Notes under the pieces: generated by a model | Database searches by the model: none | The model's input: the letters and a program-made list of their open reading frames with translations, nothing else | Told to the model about the DNA's origin: nothing | In this document: piece after piece, positions 36,870-46,733 of the stretch | How positions within the stretch are numbered: the first letter of the stretch is position 1 | Layout: every line of letters starts with the position of its first letter | Source: Pseudobdellovibrionaceae bacterium | Lineage (GTDB): Bacteria; Bdellovibrionota; Bdellovibrionia; Bdellovibrionales; UBA1609 | Length of the DNA: 64,000 bases | Assembly (NCBI GenBank): GCA_043757545.1 | Contig: JAYVPG010000021.1 | Coordinates: 13,207 to 77,206 of the forward strand | Direction of reading: 5' to 3' | Program-made: the position numbers and the translations under genes

Positions 36870-37628
36870 TCATTCCTGACAAGTGGTCTGCATCAAGCGT
36901 GACAGCGTTCGAAATGAACCCTCATCCAGATTATGAGTTTGTACCCAACGCTTGCGTAATTTGTACTCATTTTTCAAGGGAGATAGTAGAAGTTCCGATT
37001 TCTTTGGTTGAAGAGTGATCAATTGCATCATCTTGCGCGGGACCTCGATCTCTTTGACCGAAGCCGGCTTGCGCGAGGAGTGCTCATAGACCCACTGCTG
37101 CAATTCACTTTCATGAGCATCCGCGGGGTTGTGGTAAACACTGATTAAATTTTGATTGGTGCGCGACATCATCCCGCCAATGACCGGCAAAAAAGAAGCG
37201 CCCAGCGCCACTGGACCTCGCTTGGTTGTGTCTTCGATTCCATAGCCCGGCATATACAGCAACGTGATCGTCTCTAACCCCGTGGGCTGGGCGATCATTT
37301 CATAAAGGGTGTGGTCTCCGGGCTTGAATAGGCGCAGAGCCTGCCGGATGGAGGGTTGCGCTTTGCCCTCAAGCCCATCGAAGTACCAGGCGTTATCGGC
37401 GGTGTAGATATAGAACCCAGTCACGACCTTGTCCGCGACCTCGGGGAAAACGAGATACTTTTCATTCAATAGAAATGGCCGCTCGACGTGGTCGCGCTTG
37501 CTTTGGAAGGCCGCAGGCTCTGTGATAGGCAAAAGATCGCGCACACACGCAAAAGTATCAAGGGCGCTGGCGCGCCCCTCACTCAGTATGAATAATAAGA
37601 GAATTGCAGAACTAAGCGGACTCTTCAT
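36870..37628 (-). CDS. Secreted hypothetical protein (paralog of 50392-51264)
   Basis: I trimmed the start to MKSPLSSAILLLFILSEGRASA. It overlaps the pilR 3' end by 17 nt. It shares YIY, LY(M/V)PG(Y/F) and S(F/V)LP(V/I)(I/V)..(M/L)(M/L).R..NL blocks with 50392-51264. Confidence 0.5.
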   Translation of the reverse strand: MKSPLSSAILLLFILSEGRASALDTFACVRDLLPITEPAAFQSKRDHVERPFLLNEKYLVFPEVADKVVTGFYIYTADNAWYFDGLEGKAQPSIRQALRLFKPGDHTLYEMIAQPTGLETITLLYMPGYGIEDTTKRGPVALGASFLPVIGGMMSRTNQNLISVYHNPADAHESELQQWVYEHSSRKPASVKEIEVPRKMMQLITLQPKKSELLLSPLKNEYKLRKRWVQTHNLDEGSFRTLSRLMQTTCQE

Positions 37629-39024
37629 CGAGATCGTCATCTCCCAATGATCCCAGACTGTACTTCTCGACACGGTAACGCATCGAGCGGAATGTAATGC
37701 TGAGCAACTTCGCAGCCTTCTTCTTAACACCACCCGCCGCGTGAATCGCTTTGATCAGAAGTTCCTTTTCGATCTGTCCCATAATCTTATCCAGATCCAA
37801 TCCTTCATCCGTGATTTGAATCTCGTGGGTGCTAGCGAGCTTGCGGCCCGTCGGCGTATTCACGAACGGAGGCAAACTCTCAGGCAGAATCGTCGCTCCA
37901 CCCTCTAACGCGACTGTGCGTTCGATAATGTTCTCGAGTTCTCGCACATTTCCCGGATAATCGTACTTCTTCAAAAGTTCCATCGCTTCGGCACTGATTC
38001 CACCGACGGTCTTGGTCAAACGATCATTGTATTTCTTTAAGAAATGAACGGCCAACGCGGGAATGTCTTCCGGGCGCTCACGCAGCGACGGAGTTTTAAT
38101 ATTGATCACATTCAAGCGGTAGAATAAATCTTGGCGGAAGGCTCCGGTTTTCACCATGTCTTCCAGGTCACGATTGGTCGCCGCAATAATTCGCACTTCG
38201 ATTTTGCTGTCTTCCGTCGCACCCACTCTGCGAATGACACGCTCTTGAATTGCACGTAGCAATTTCACCTGAATCGAGAGCGGAAGTTCACCGACTTCAT
38301 CCAAGAAGAGAGTCCCGCCGTCCGCGACTTCAAATAATCCTACTTTATCGGCAACGGCGCCAGTAAATGACCCCTTTTTGTGACCAAACATCTCAGATTC
38401 CATCAATGATTCAGGGATCGCTCCACAATTGACAGTCACAAACGGACGATCCTTAAGCGGACCGTTGAAGTGAATCGCCTTGGCCACCATCTCTTTACCA
38501 GTACCGCTCTCACCAGTGACTAATACATTAGTGGGAGTTTGCGAAACACGCTTAATCAACTCATAGATCCGATGCATGGTCTCTGAGTTACCAACTAGAT
38601 TTTGGAAGCTATATTCTTTATTGAGTTCTTTTTTAAGTGTTCTATTTTCGACTTCAAGATTTTTACTGCGCAAAGCGTTTGCAATATTGATGCGCACTTC
38701 ATCGATTTTAAATGGCTTAGTGATGTAGTCGTAAGCGCCGAGCTTCATCGCCTCAACAGCTGTCTCTGTAGTACCAAATGCAGTGATCATCATAAACAGA
38801 AGATCTGGATATTGATCCCTGACCTGGCGGAGCAGTTCAATTCCGGTCATATTGGGCATTTGCAAATCGGAGATGACTAGATCGATCGACTTCTTCTTGA
38901 TCGTCTCGAGAGCCTTCTGTCCATCCTCTGCGCAGGTGACCTCGTAGCCTTCTTTGCGCAACATGATTTCCAAAAATTCGCGGATTGACTCTTCATCATC
39001 CACTACTAAAACACGTGATTTCAT
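37612..39024 (-). CDS. pilR: Sigma-54-dependent response regulator, PilR-type
   Basis: It has a receiver domain, an AAA+ domain (GESGTGKE, ESEMFGHKKGSFTGA, FRQDLFYRLNV) and a C-terminal Fis-type HTH. It follows pilS in the pil operon. Confidence 0.85.
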   Translation of the reverse strand: MKSRVLVVDDEESIREFLEIMLRKEGYEVTCAEDGQKALETIKKKSIDLVISDLQMPNMTGIELLRQVRDQYPDLLFMMITAFGTTETAVEAMKLGAYDYITKPFKIDEVRINIANALRSKNLEVENRTLKKELNKEYSFQNLVGNSETMHRIYELIKRVSQTPTNVLVTGESGTGKEMVAKAIHFNGPLKDRPFVTVNCGAIPESLMESEMFGHKKGSFTGAVADKVGLFEVADGGTLFLDEVGELPLSIQVKLLRAIQERVIRRVGATEDSKIEVRIIAATNRDLEDMVKTGAFRQDLFYRLNVINIKTPSLRERPEDIPALAVHFLKKYNDRLTKTVGGISAEAMELLKKYDYPGNVRELENIIERTVALEGGATILPESLPPFVNTPTGRKLASTHEIQITDEGLDLDKIMGQIEKELLIKAIHAAGGVKKKAAKLLSITFRSMRYRVEKYSLGSLGDDDLDEESA

Positions 39025-39072
39025 AGATGCTCCCTCGCTCTTATTCTATAATCTAGATAAACCCGTCGGATC

Positions 39073-40764
39073 TCAACCTTTGGTCGCACGTTTCAGTGTA
39101 ATCAAGTCTTCAGTATGGACATCTCGATGTGCCGGAAACTCCACAAGAAACTTAGTGCCCTCATTTACGACGCTCTCCACTAAGACCCGCGCATCATGGG
39201 CCTGTAGTATCTTGTGAGTCACGGCTAGACCAAGGCCCGTGCCTTGCGGCTTGGTGGTGTGAAACGGCTCAAAGATTCGATGCAGGTTTTCAGGCTTAAT
39301 CCCGCAGCCATTGTCGCGAATAATCAGAACCACAAGATCGCCTTGATCATGGGTCTCGATCGTCAGAACTGGATTTGCTGTCTTGTCCATCGCTTGATAG
39401 GCGTTGATAACAAAATTGAGCAGCGCCTGCTTCAGCTTGTCCCGGTTTCCAACAATATCGCAAACAGCTTTCAATTTTAAATCTTGCTCAACGTCCTTGC
39501 GCAGCTTCGGATTGAACTGCAAAGACTCCACCACTTCACGAATTAAATTGCCGAGGTTAACTTTTGTGGTCACTTTATTTTCCGGCCGAACGTAATCTAA
39601 AAATTCAGAGATCAATCCGTTGAGCCGGTTGATTTCTTTGTCGACTATTCGCATGAGCTTTAAATCTTCGTCACTGTGGTTCTGTGGGCTTCCCATCATC
39701 AATTGAATACTGCCCGAAATGCTAGCCAACGGATTACGGATTTCGTGGGCGATTCCCGCAGCCAATTGACCAACGGCGGCCATTTTTTCTTGCTGTCGTA
39801 GATTGTCCTCGAGAAGCTTCTGATCCGTACGATCGTCAAATAGAAGGAGCCAACCTTTCAGCTTTCCTTCAGCATCACGAAAACGTGCGGCGACTATCTC
39901 TAAAATCTTTAACGTCCCACCTTCACGATTCACGCGAACTTCACGACGCTCGAACGCTTTTCCTTCATCCTGCACAAACGACGTCCACGGCCATTCCAGT
40001 TCGGGCAAAATGTCCTGAATTTTCATTTGCTGAAAATCACCAGCCCCAAGAATAGTTGACGATGGGGGATTGAAAAATTGCACAAAGCCCGTGCGACTGA
40101 CGACAACCAAGCCGGTGGTGATGTTATTCACGATCAATTCGTTTAGATTTTGTAGAGCCAGCAAGTCCGAGTGGGCCTCTTGTAGCTTTGTTCCCACGAC
40201 GCTGAGCTGATCACTTAACCGGCCGCTCAAATAAGTGACCGCGACAAATGCCAAATTATTCACCGCCAAAGAAAAGTAAAGACTCTGGCCGGAAATCTCG
40301 GGCGATAAAATCAATAAGCTACTAAAGCAAACGGAGGTCCAGATCGCTAGAAGCCATGAGCCTTCCTTTTGAAAGACCAGTCCACCCAAAATTAAATTGA
40401 CCAGATATAGGAATAGAAAAAGTGACTGACTGGTACCGGTAAAATAAATAAGGAGGGTGACCGCCAAAGTGTCGAGCCCAAAAAGCGCGGCATTCCACAA
40501 CTCTTGTCGCTCCACATGATCAAAGAAAAACAGATAAACTGAGTTAAGAAAGAAATTGGCGAGCAATACCGCGTAGACCGGAAGCCAAATTTCTACATTT
40601 AAAAAATTTCCAAGATGAACCTGATAGACGACGGATACCAAAAGAATACAAACTAAAAACGCCGTTCGTATGGTGTGCACGAACAGCCACGGGCGGTGCG
40701 TGTCCTCTAGAGCCTTCGACTCGACAAGCCGCAGGTTTCGCGTATGTAACTCAACCGTGTTCAC
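39073..40764 (-). CDS. pilS: Sensor histidine kinase, PilS-type
   Basis: It has a polytopic N-terminus of about six TM segments, a PAS-like region, the H-box AHEIRNPL and a HATPase domain (GTGLGLAV). Confidence 0.75.
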   Translation of the reverse strand: MNTVELHTRNLRLVESKALEDTHRPWLFVHTIRTAFLVCILLVSVVYQVHLGNFLNVEIWLPVYAVLLANFFLNSVYLFFFDHVERQELWNAALFGLDTLAVTLLIYFTGTSQSLFLFLYLVNLILGGLVFQKEGSWLLAIWTSVCFSSLLILSPEISGQSLYFSLAVNNLAFVAVTYLSGRLSDQLSVVGTKLQEAHSDLLALQNLNELIVNNITTGLVVVSRTGFVQFFNPPSSTILGAGDFQQMKIQDILPELEWPWTSFVQDEGKAFERREVRVNREGGTLKILEIVAARFRDAEGKLKGWLLLFDDRTDQKLLEDNLRQQEKMAAVGQLAAGIAHEIRNPLASISGSIQLMMGSPQNHSDEDLKLMRIVDKEINRLNGLISEFLDYVRPENKVTTKVNLGNLIREVVESLQFNPKLRKDVEQDLKLKAVCDIVGNRDKLKQALLNFVINAYQAMDKTANPVLTIETHDQGDLVVLIIRDNGCGIKPENLHRIFEPFHTTKPQGTGLGLAVTHKILQAHDARVLVESVVNEGTKFLVEFPAHRDVHTEDLITLKRATKG

Positions 40765-40766
40765 GT

Positions 40767-41987
40767 TTAGCCGCCGACCGTATTGGCCATATTGAAAATG
40801 GGTAAGTACATCGCGATAACGATGACCGCGATAATTCCGCCCAACACGACCATTAAAAGTGGCTCCATCAAACTGGTCACCGCATCCGTCGCGTTTTCAA
40901 CTTCGTCTTCGTAAAAATCTGCGACTTTGGAAAGCATGATGTCGATATTACCGGTCTGTTCTCCAATCGCTATCATTTGGGTCACCATATTAGGAAAATA
41001 GGTAATTTTTAAAAGTGGTTCTGCAAGAGTCTTACCGCGCGATACCTCTTCTTTTGCATGTATAATTGCTTTTTCAATCATCCAATTGCCTGTCGTCGCG
41101 GATGCAATTTCAAGTGCGTCGATAATTCGTACACCCGAACTCAACAATGTCGAAAGGGTACGCGAGAAGCGAGCGATCGCCGCCTTTATTATCAGATCTC
41201 CCAAAACTGGCACTTCAATTAATATGGCATCGAGGATTTTACGTCCATCGTCGGTGTCGTAATACATTTTAAAAAGCAGCGGAATGCCAACAAATGTCGC
41301 AACAATCACGTACCAATAATGCGCGGTAAAATCCGAGCAATTCATTACAAATATGGTAAGCGCAGGCAGCTCCTGACCCGACTGCTTGAACATCGCCGCC
41401 ATTTTAGGAATCACGAATATCATAATGAAAGTCACAACAATAAACGCGACGACGATCACCGCGCAGGGATAGAACATGGCGCCCTTTACCTTCGCGCGCA
41501 GCTTCACTGTTGTTTCAATATACTCGGCAAGTCGGTTCAAAACGCCTTCGAGCACACCGCCCTCTTCGCCGGCACGAACAAGATTGATGTAGAGTCGATC
41601 AAATACGGCCGGGTTCGTTGCAAGGGCGTCACCCAACCGGCGACCTCGCTCAACTTCGCCACAAATATTCGTCAACACGTTTTTCATACCGACACTTCGT
41701 GCACCACGTGCCATGGCCTCAAGGCTTTGCACGATGGGAACGCCGGCGCCAACAAGCACCGCAAACTGGCGCGTAAAGACCTGCAAATCTTTAAGCGAAA
41801 CGCCAGAGCCAAAGGATATTTTGGAAAAATCAAAACCTTTGGCTTCGGCTTTTCGTGCCACGATCCGCAACGGCGTGAGTCTTTGTGCTCTCAGACGAAC
41901 GCGGGCCTCAAACTCGTTAGTGGCTTCGAGCTCACCCTTAACGACACGACCGTCATCCGCCTTGGCTTGAAAATCGAAAGTAGCCAT
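40767..41987 (-). CDS. pilC: Type IV pilus platform protein PilC (GspF family)
   Basis: It has two GspF repeats (FTRQFAVLVGAGVPI and FSRTLSTLLSSGVRI) and three TM segments. Confidence 0.9.
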   Translation of the reverse strand: MATFDFQAKADDGRVVKGELEATNEFEARVRLRAQRLTPLRIVARKAEAKGFDFSKISFGSGVSLKDLQVFTRQFAVLVGAGVPIVQSLEAMARGARSVGMKNVLTNICGEVERGRRLGDALATNPAVFDRLYINLVRAGEEGGVLEGVLNRLAEYIETTVKLRAKVKGAMFYPCAVIVVAFIVVTFIMIFVIPKMAAMFKQSGQELPALTIFVMNCSDFTAHYWYVIVATFVGIPLLFKMYYDTDDGRKILDAILIEVPVLGDLIIKAAIARFSRTLSTLLSSGVRIIDALEIASATTGNWMIEKAIIHAKEEVSRGKTLAEPLLKITYFPNMVTQMIAIGEQTGNIDIMLSKVADFYEDEVENATDAVTSLMEPLLMVVLGGIIAVIVIAMYLPIFNMANTVGG

Positions 41988-41990
41988 TCG

Positions 41991-43058
41991 TTAGACACCC
42001 GCCTGTTTCAACATTTTATCCAGTTCGTCCGGGTCTGGGCTAACGCTAAACGCCTGGCGCACATCGATCTTACGCTTAAGAGCCAACCTCAAAAGAGATT
42101 GGTTCAGAGTCATCATTCCTGATTTATCTTGTCCCAACTGCATCATCCCATAAACTTGGTGTAATTTGTTTTCGCGAATCAAGTTGCGAACACTGGAATT
42201 CATGACCAAAACTTCAAGCGCCGCAATCATTCCGCCAGTTAGACACGGCAGCAAACGCTGGCTGACTACCGTGTTCAACGTCAAACTCAATTGAGCTCGA
42301 ACACGATCCTGTTGGTCGGATGGAAATACGTTTACAATACGGGTAATCGTAGAGATCGCAGAGTTGGTATGTAAAGTCGCAAACACCAAGTGACCAGTTT
42401 CACAAATATTTAGCGCCGCCTCGATAGTCTCAAGGTCTCGCAACTCGCCCATCATACATACATCGGGATCTTGCCGTAAAACGTGCTTCAGCGCCGATCG
42501 GTAGCTCACCGTATCGATGCCGACTTCACGTTGATTGACGATACAACTCTTATGCGGATGTACGTATTCAATGGGATCTTCAAGAGTGATAATATGGTTG
42601 CGGCGCTCACGATTGATTTTATCAATCAGCGCCGCGATCGTTGTCGTCTTACCAGAACCCGTTGGCCCAGTAACCAGCACTAGTCCCGTCGGAAAATTCA
42701 CAACGTCAGTTACAACCTGTGGCAAACCGAGCAGGTCGATGTCTGGAATATCAATTGGAATGCGACGAAAAACTCCCGAGACCGCACCCCTTTGAAAAAA
42801 TAAATTGGCACGAAAACGAGCCATCGATTTCACGCCGAAACTGAAATCCAATTCCTTGGTCGCCTCAAAGCGACTCTTCTGCGAATCCGTGAGAATCGAG
42901 TAACAAACTTGTCGTGTTTGATCCGCAGTCAAGTCACCGGACTTGACTCGCACGATTCGGCCATCCACGCGTAAAACCGGCGCCGAACCTGCGACAATAT
43001 GAAGATCCGAAGCACCTTGTTTAACTGCAGCCTTGAGAAGTTGATGAAGTGTAATCAT
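41991..43058 (-). CDS. pilT: Twitching-motility retraction ATPase PilT
   Basis: It has Walker A (GPTGSGKTTT), Asp and His boxes, and the PilT signature SVRNLIRENK. Confidence 0.9.
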   Translation of the reverse strand: MITLHQLLKAAVKQGASDLHIVAGSAPVLRVDGRIVRVKSGDLTADQTRQVCYSILTDSQKSRFEATKELDFSFGVKSMARFRANLFFQRGAVSGVFRRIPIDIPDIDLLGLPQVVTDVVNFPTGLVLVTGPTGSGKTTTIAALIDKINRERRNHIITLEDPIEYVHPHKSCIVNQREVGIDTVSYRSALKHVLRQDPDVCMMGELRDLETIEAALNICETGHLVFATLHTNSAISTITRIVNVFPSDQQDRVRAQLSLTLNTVVSQRLLPCLTGGMIAALEVLVMNSSVRNLIRENKLHQVYGMMQLGQDKSGMMTLNQSLLRLALKRKIDVRQAFSVSPDPDELDKMLKQAGV

Positions 43059-44779
43059 ATTGTGTCGTCTGCCACCGTTGAATTGACTACCTCTTCGATA
43101 ATGGTCACACCCGCGCGTAACTTAAGCAACGCCGCTTGGCGAAGGGTTCGCATTCCAGCGGCCATCGCTTTTCTCTTCACTTCAAGTGGAGACGCACTCG
43201 CATAGACGGCCTCTTTGACTTCAGTGCTCATGCGCAACACTTCAAAGATCGCCATTCGTCCACGCATTCCGGTTCCATGACACTCTTCACAACCTTCACC
43301 CCTCTTTAGCTTTTTATAGAGCTCGAGATCCTCTTGCTTCACTCCAAGGTTAAGCAAAACGTCGGGTGGAACTTTATGGTCTATCCCGCAGCGAGCGCAG
43401 ATTTTTCGAATCAAACGTTGAGCAATAACGATCGTTGTCGCCTCTGCGACAATGTACGGAGGAATCCCCATCTCGACCAGCCGTGAAACGGTCGACGACG
43501 CGTCGTTGGTGTGCAAAGTGCTCACCACCAAATGGCCTGTTGAAGCGGCCTTATATGCGACTTCCGCAGTTTCTAAGTCACGAATCTCTCCGACCATAAT
43601 GACTTCCGGATCTTGGCGCAAGAAGGCACGCAGAGCCTCAGCAAATGTAAAACCAATAGAAGGCTGCACTTGCACCTGATTAATTCCATCAAGGTTGTAC
43701 TCGACCGGATCTTCCGCAGTCGAGACGTTGACATCGGGCTTATTGAGCTCGTTGAGTGCGGAGTAAATCGTAGTTGTTTTTCCACTCCCGGTTGGTCCGG
43801 TGAGCAAAATCATTCCATGTGGTTGGCGAATGGCATCAAGAAAGGCCTCAAAATCATCCTGCTCAAAACCCAACTTGGTCATGTCGACCTGCAAATTACT
43901 TTTATCAAGTAAACGTAAAACTACTTTCTCACCAAATATGGTTGGCAGACAGTTGACCCGAAAATCGATCTCACGACCATTGCGCATTTTTACTTTCATG
44001 CGCCCGTCTTGTGGTTTACGGCGCTCGCCGATGTCCAACCTACTTAAAATTTTCACCCGGCTAATAATCGCAGCGGCGGCATTGGCCGGAGGCTGCGTCT
44101 TCTCGATGAGTGATCCGTCGATACGAAAGCGAATACGAAAACGTTTTTCATAAGGCTCGATATGAATATCAGAAGCGCGGCTCTTAATGGCCTCGGCCAA
44201 CATGGCATTGACGAACTTTACGATTGGAAAGTCGTCACTGCTGGCCTCTGAATCAATAACTTCAACATTTGCCTGTGAACTACTTGCAGTCGCTGATTCC
44301 TGGGCCGCATCCTCGATTTCAGAGACGATATTTTCAATTTTTGAGCTTCCACCGCCATAATATTTTTCAATGGCAAGGCCGATCGAATTTTCCGCTGCCA
44401 CGACGATCTCAATTTTACTCCGGGTCAGCAGCGCCAAATCGTCCTTAACGTAGATATTGCTAGGATCTGAGAATGCGACGACTAAACTTTTTCCCGCTTT
44501 AGAAACCGGGATCACCATATGTTTTTCGCATACCTGACGCGAGAGCATTTTGATTGCATCGGGATCAACTTCAAAATTTCCCAAGTCAATTGTCGGCAAT
44601 GAAAATTGCTTTCCTAAAAATTCAGCAAGCTGAGCATCAGTCAAAAATCCTAAGCGCGTGATCGCCGTAGTCAAACGACCACCGTTGGTCTTCTGATCAC
44701 GACGAGCTTGCCCCAACTGATCCAAATCTAAAAGATTGCTCGAAACTAGAAGTTCCGCCAACGCCTTCCTTGCGGACAT
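43055..44779 (-). CDS. pilB: Type IV pilus assembly ATPase PilB (GspE family)
   Basis: It has a GspE N-terminal domain, Walker A (GPTGSGKTTT) and a tetracysteine motif (CARCG...CEECHGTG). I trimmed the start to MSARKAL, which is preceded by the RBS aaggggag. Confidence 0.9.
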   Translation of the reverse strand: MSARKALAELLVSSNLLDLDQLGQARRDQKTNGGRLTTAITRLGFLTDAQLAEFLGKQFSLPTIDLGNFEVDPDAIKMLSRQVCEKHMVIPVSKAGKSLVVAFSDPSNIYVKDDLALLTRSKIEIVVAAENSIGLAIEKYYGGGSSKIENIVSEIEDAAQESATASSSQANVEVIDSEASSDDFPIVKFVNAMLAEAIKSRASDIHIEPYEKRFRIRFRIDGSLIEKTQPPANAAAAIISRVKILSRLDIGERRKPQDGRMKVKMRNGREIDFRVNCLPTIFGEKVVLRLLDKSNLQVDMTKLGFEQDDFEAFLDAIRQPHGMILLTGPTGSGKTTTIYSALNELNKPDVNVSTAEDPVEYNLDGINQVQVQPSIGFTFAEALRAFLRQDPEVIMVGEIRDLETAEVAYKAASTGHLVVSTLHTNDASSTVSRLVEMGIPPYIVAEATTIVIAQRLIRKICARCGIDHKVPPDVLLNLGVKQEDLELYKKLKRGEGCEECHGTGMRGRMAIFEVLRMSTEVKEAVYASASPLEVKRKAMAAGMRTLRQAALLKLRAGVTIIEEVVNSTVADDTI

Positions 44780-44898
44780 AGGCTCCCCTTTTTTGGTGAG
44801 AAAAACGGACATATTTAGATTAATCGCTGGTGACGTTTTTTGTAACTAGACGTTGGTATGAAAATGGGAATCTGGACCACCCCGACTAAGGTGCAAGC

Positions 44899-45744
44899 TC
44901 ACTCACTTATCGGTGGAGCGGTCAGTGTTGCGCGCAGACGGTCTTGGTAAGCCGCCAAATCGAGATCGACTTGAAACGCCCATTTCGCCCAGAGTGAATC
45001 GGTCCTCGCGGCGAGTTCGACTCCAGAAACTGTTCGCACTCCAGCATCTTTTGCTTCTTGCATTAAAATGCTCGGCTTAAAACTTCGACTAAGATCGAAG
45101 AGAAATCCTGGACGTCGTAAAAAATTAAGATAAGACAACTCGGTCAAAAGTTTATTGTCTTCAACACTAGGCGTACAATTTATAAGAACCGAACTTTCTC
45201 CGGGAAGGAGTACAATCCCCTCCAATGGAACCATCTGGATATTCATTCCGAAGAATCGAGATTTAACCTCTTTGATTAGCTTTAAGGCCTCCGCAGAATC
45301 AATATTGGTCACTAGAAAATTTTGAAATCCCGCTTTGAAAAATGCAGCGATCGCAATCCGAGCGGTTCCGCCCGCCCCCGCGACCACCACGTTTCCACGC
45401 GTATCCAGCTCCTGCCCAAGGTCAATCAGCAATGGACCAAAACTTTCGTAGAGAGCACAAAGCGGCCACCAGCCCAGCGGTGTTTTATTCATACCGTCGA
45501 CAACACCAAGCAAAGTGGTCCACGACGACTGCACTTTCACATGTTTGACGACGTTCATCGAAACGCCGCTACTCAACCGGCAATGATCGAACGATTCAAG
45601 CTGCGATAGATCAGTGAGCGCCTCGGGCGCGTCGCCAGTCCACGGCACGTACTCATTCGCAACACCTTTTTCTTGCAGCATTTGCGAGAACGCCTTCCAG
45701 CGCGCCTCTTCATTGTTGCTGCCTAGAGCTGTCCACTTCTTCAT
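44899..45744 (-). CDS. Divergent shikimate dehydrogenase-like (AroE-family) protein
   Basis: It has the Rossmann motif VVAGAGGTARIAIAAF and a LINCTP motif, as in AroE. The N-terminal substrate-binding motifs are poorly conserved. Confidence 0.45.
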   Translation of the reverse strand: MKKWTALGSNNEEARWKAFSQMLQEKGVANEYVPWTGDAPEALTDLSQLESFDHCRLSSGVSMNVVKHVKVQSSWTTLLGVVDGMNKTPLGWWPLCALYESFGPLLIDLGQELDTRGNVVVAGAGGTARIAIAAFFKAGFQNFLVTNIDSAEALKLIKEVKSRFFGMNIQMVPLEGIVLLPGESSVLINCTPSVEDNKLLTELSYLNFLRRPGFLFDLSRSFKPSILMQEAKDAGVRTVSGVELAARTDSLWAKWAFQVDLDLAAYQDRLRATLTAPPISE

Positions 45745-46661
45745 TTACCCATCCTTAAAACTGCCCGAGCCTTTAGGATGTCGCTTTGGATCTGCTTCTT
45801 CAAGTCTTCAACCCCAGAAAACTTCTTTTCTTCGCGCAGGCGCTCCACCAATTCCACGTCAATGACTTCGCCTCGCCAATCGGCCACGGAATCCAGAACA
45901 TGAGTTTCGACCTTCACCGTCGTTCCATTTTCAAAAGTGGGATTGGTTCCAACATTGGTTACGCTCGGATAAACTTGCCCACCAAAACGCACTCGACTGA
46001 CATAAACACCGATCGGCGGCAGAGTTTCATTAATCACTCGCTGATTCAAAGTCGGAATGCCAATCGTTTTACCTCTACCCTGCCCCGCCACTACTTCGCC
46101 GCGCAAGTAGAACGGACGCCCGAGCAACATCTGCGCTCCATGCACGTCGCCCTTCACAATCATCTCGCGAATGCGCCGACTCGAAACCACCTCCGCACCC
46201 ATACGCAGCGGTGAGACCACATCCACAGAAATTCCGCGCGCACCGGCCCAGCCACGCAAAACGTCGAGAGTTCCCTCTCGTCCATTGCCGAATTGAAAAT
46301 CATATCCCGCCACAATATGGCGCGGATGAAATGCCTCACTCACATAGCGATTTAAAAATTCCTGAGCGGAAAGCTTCGCAAACCCTTTGTCGAAGGGCAA
46401 AATGACCAAAAGATCGACACCGTAGTTCGGCAACTGCTCAAAGAGATCCTCACGCGGGAACAGGCGCTTTAAATTTCGCTCGGGATGCAAAACCTGCATG
46501 GGATGAGGATCAAAAGTCATCACCACGCGCGGACCCGGGACTTCCTGTGCTTTGTGCAGCAGACTTTGATGGCCCAAATGCAATCCATCGTAGTTCCCAA
46601 TGGTCACTACGCCCGATTGAAATTTTTGCTCAAAGGGCTCGAGCTGTCGCCAGATCTGCAT
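45741..46661 (-). CDS. ribF: Bifunctional riboflavin kinase / FMN adenylyltransferase
   Basis: VVTIGNYDGLHLGHQSL is the nucleotidyltransferase motif. GRGKTIGIPTLN...PTFE is the kinase part. I trimmed the start to MQIWRQL. Confidence 0.85.
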   Translation of the reverse strand: MQIWRQLEPFEQKFQSGVVTIGNYDGLHLGHQSLLHKAQEVPGPRVVMTFDPHPMQVLHPERNLKRLFPREDLFEQLPNYGVDLLVILPFDKGFAKLSAQEFLNRYVSEAFHPRHIVAGYDFQFGNGREGTLDVLRGWAGARGISVDVVSPLRMGAEVVSSRRIREMIVKGDVHGAQMLLGRPFYLRGEVVAGQGRGKTIGIPTLNQRVINETLPPIGVYVSRVRFGGQVYPSVTNVGTNPTFENGTTVKVETHVLDSVADWRGEVIDVELVERLREEKKFSGVEDLKKQIQSDILKARAVLRMGK

Positions 46662-46733
46662 GAGAGCTAAAATGACCGATTTTGGAGTCGGAACCAATTG
46701 AATTCTCAGTACAATTTTGATACGGTGCGGCGT

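Noticed and set aside
41319-42122. A 267-aa plus-strand ORF antisense to pilC/pilT. Similar long antisense ORFs occur at 14055-14645, 47829-48242, 48428-48835, 52386-52805 and 63337-63948.
   Set aside because: Each lies entirely inside a well-supported gene on the other strand. The translations are Arg/His/Cys/Ser-rich low-complexity sequences with no motifs, which is typical of shadow ORFs.
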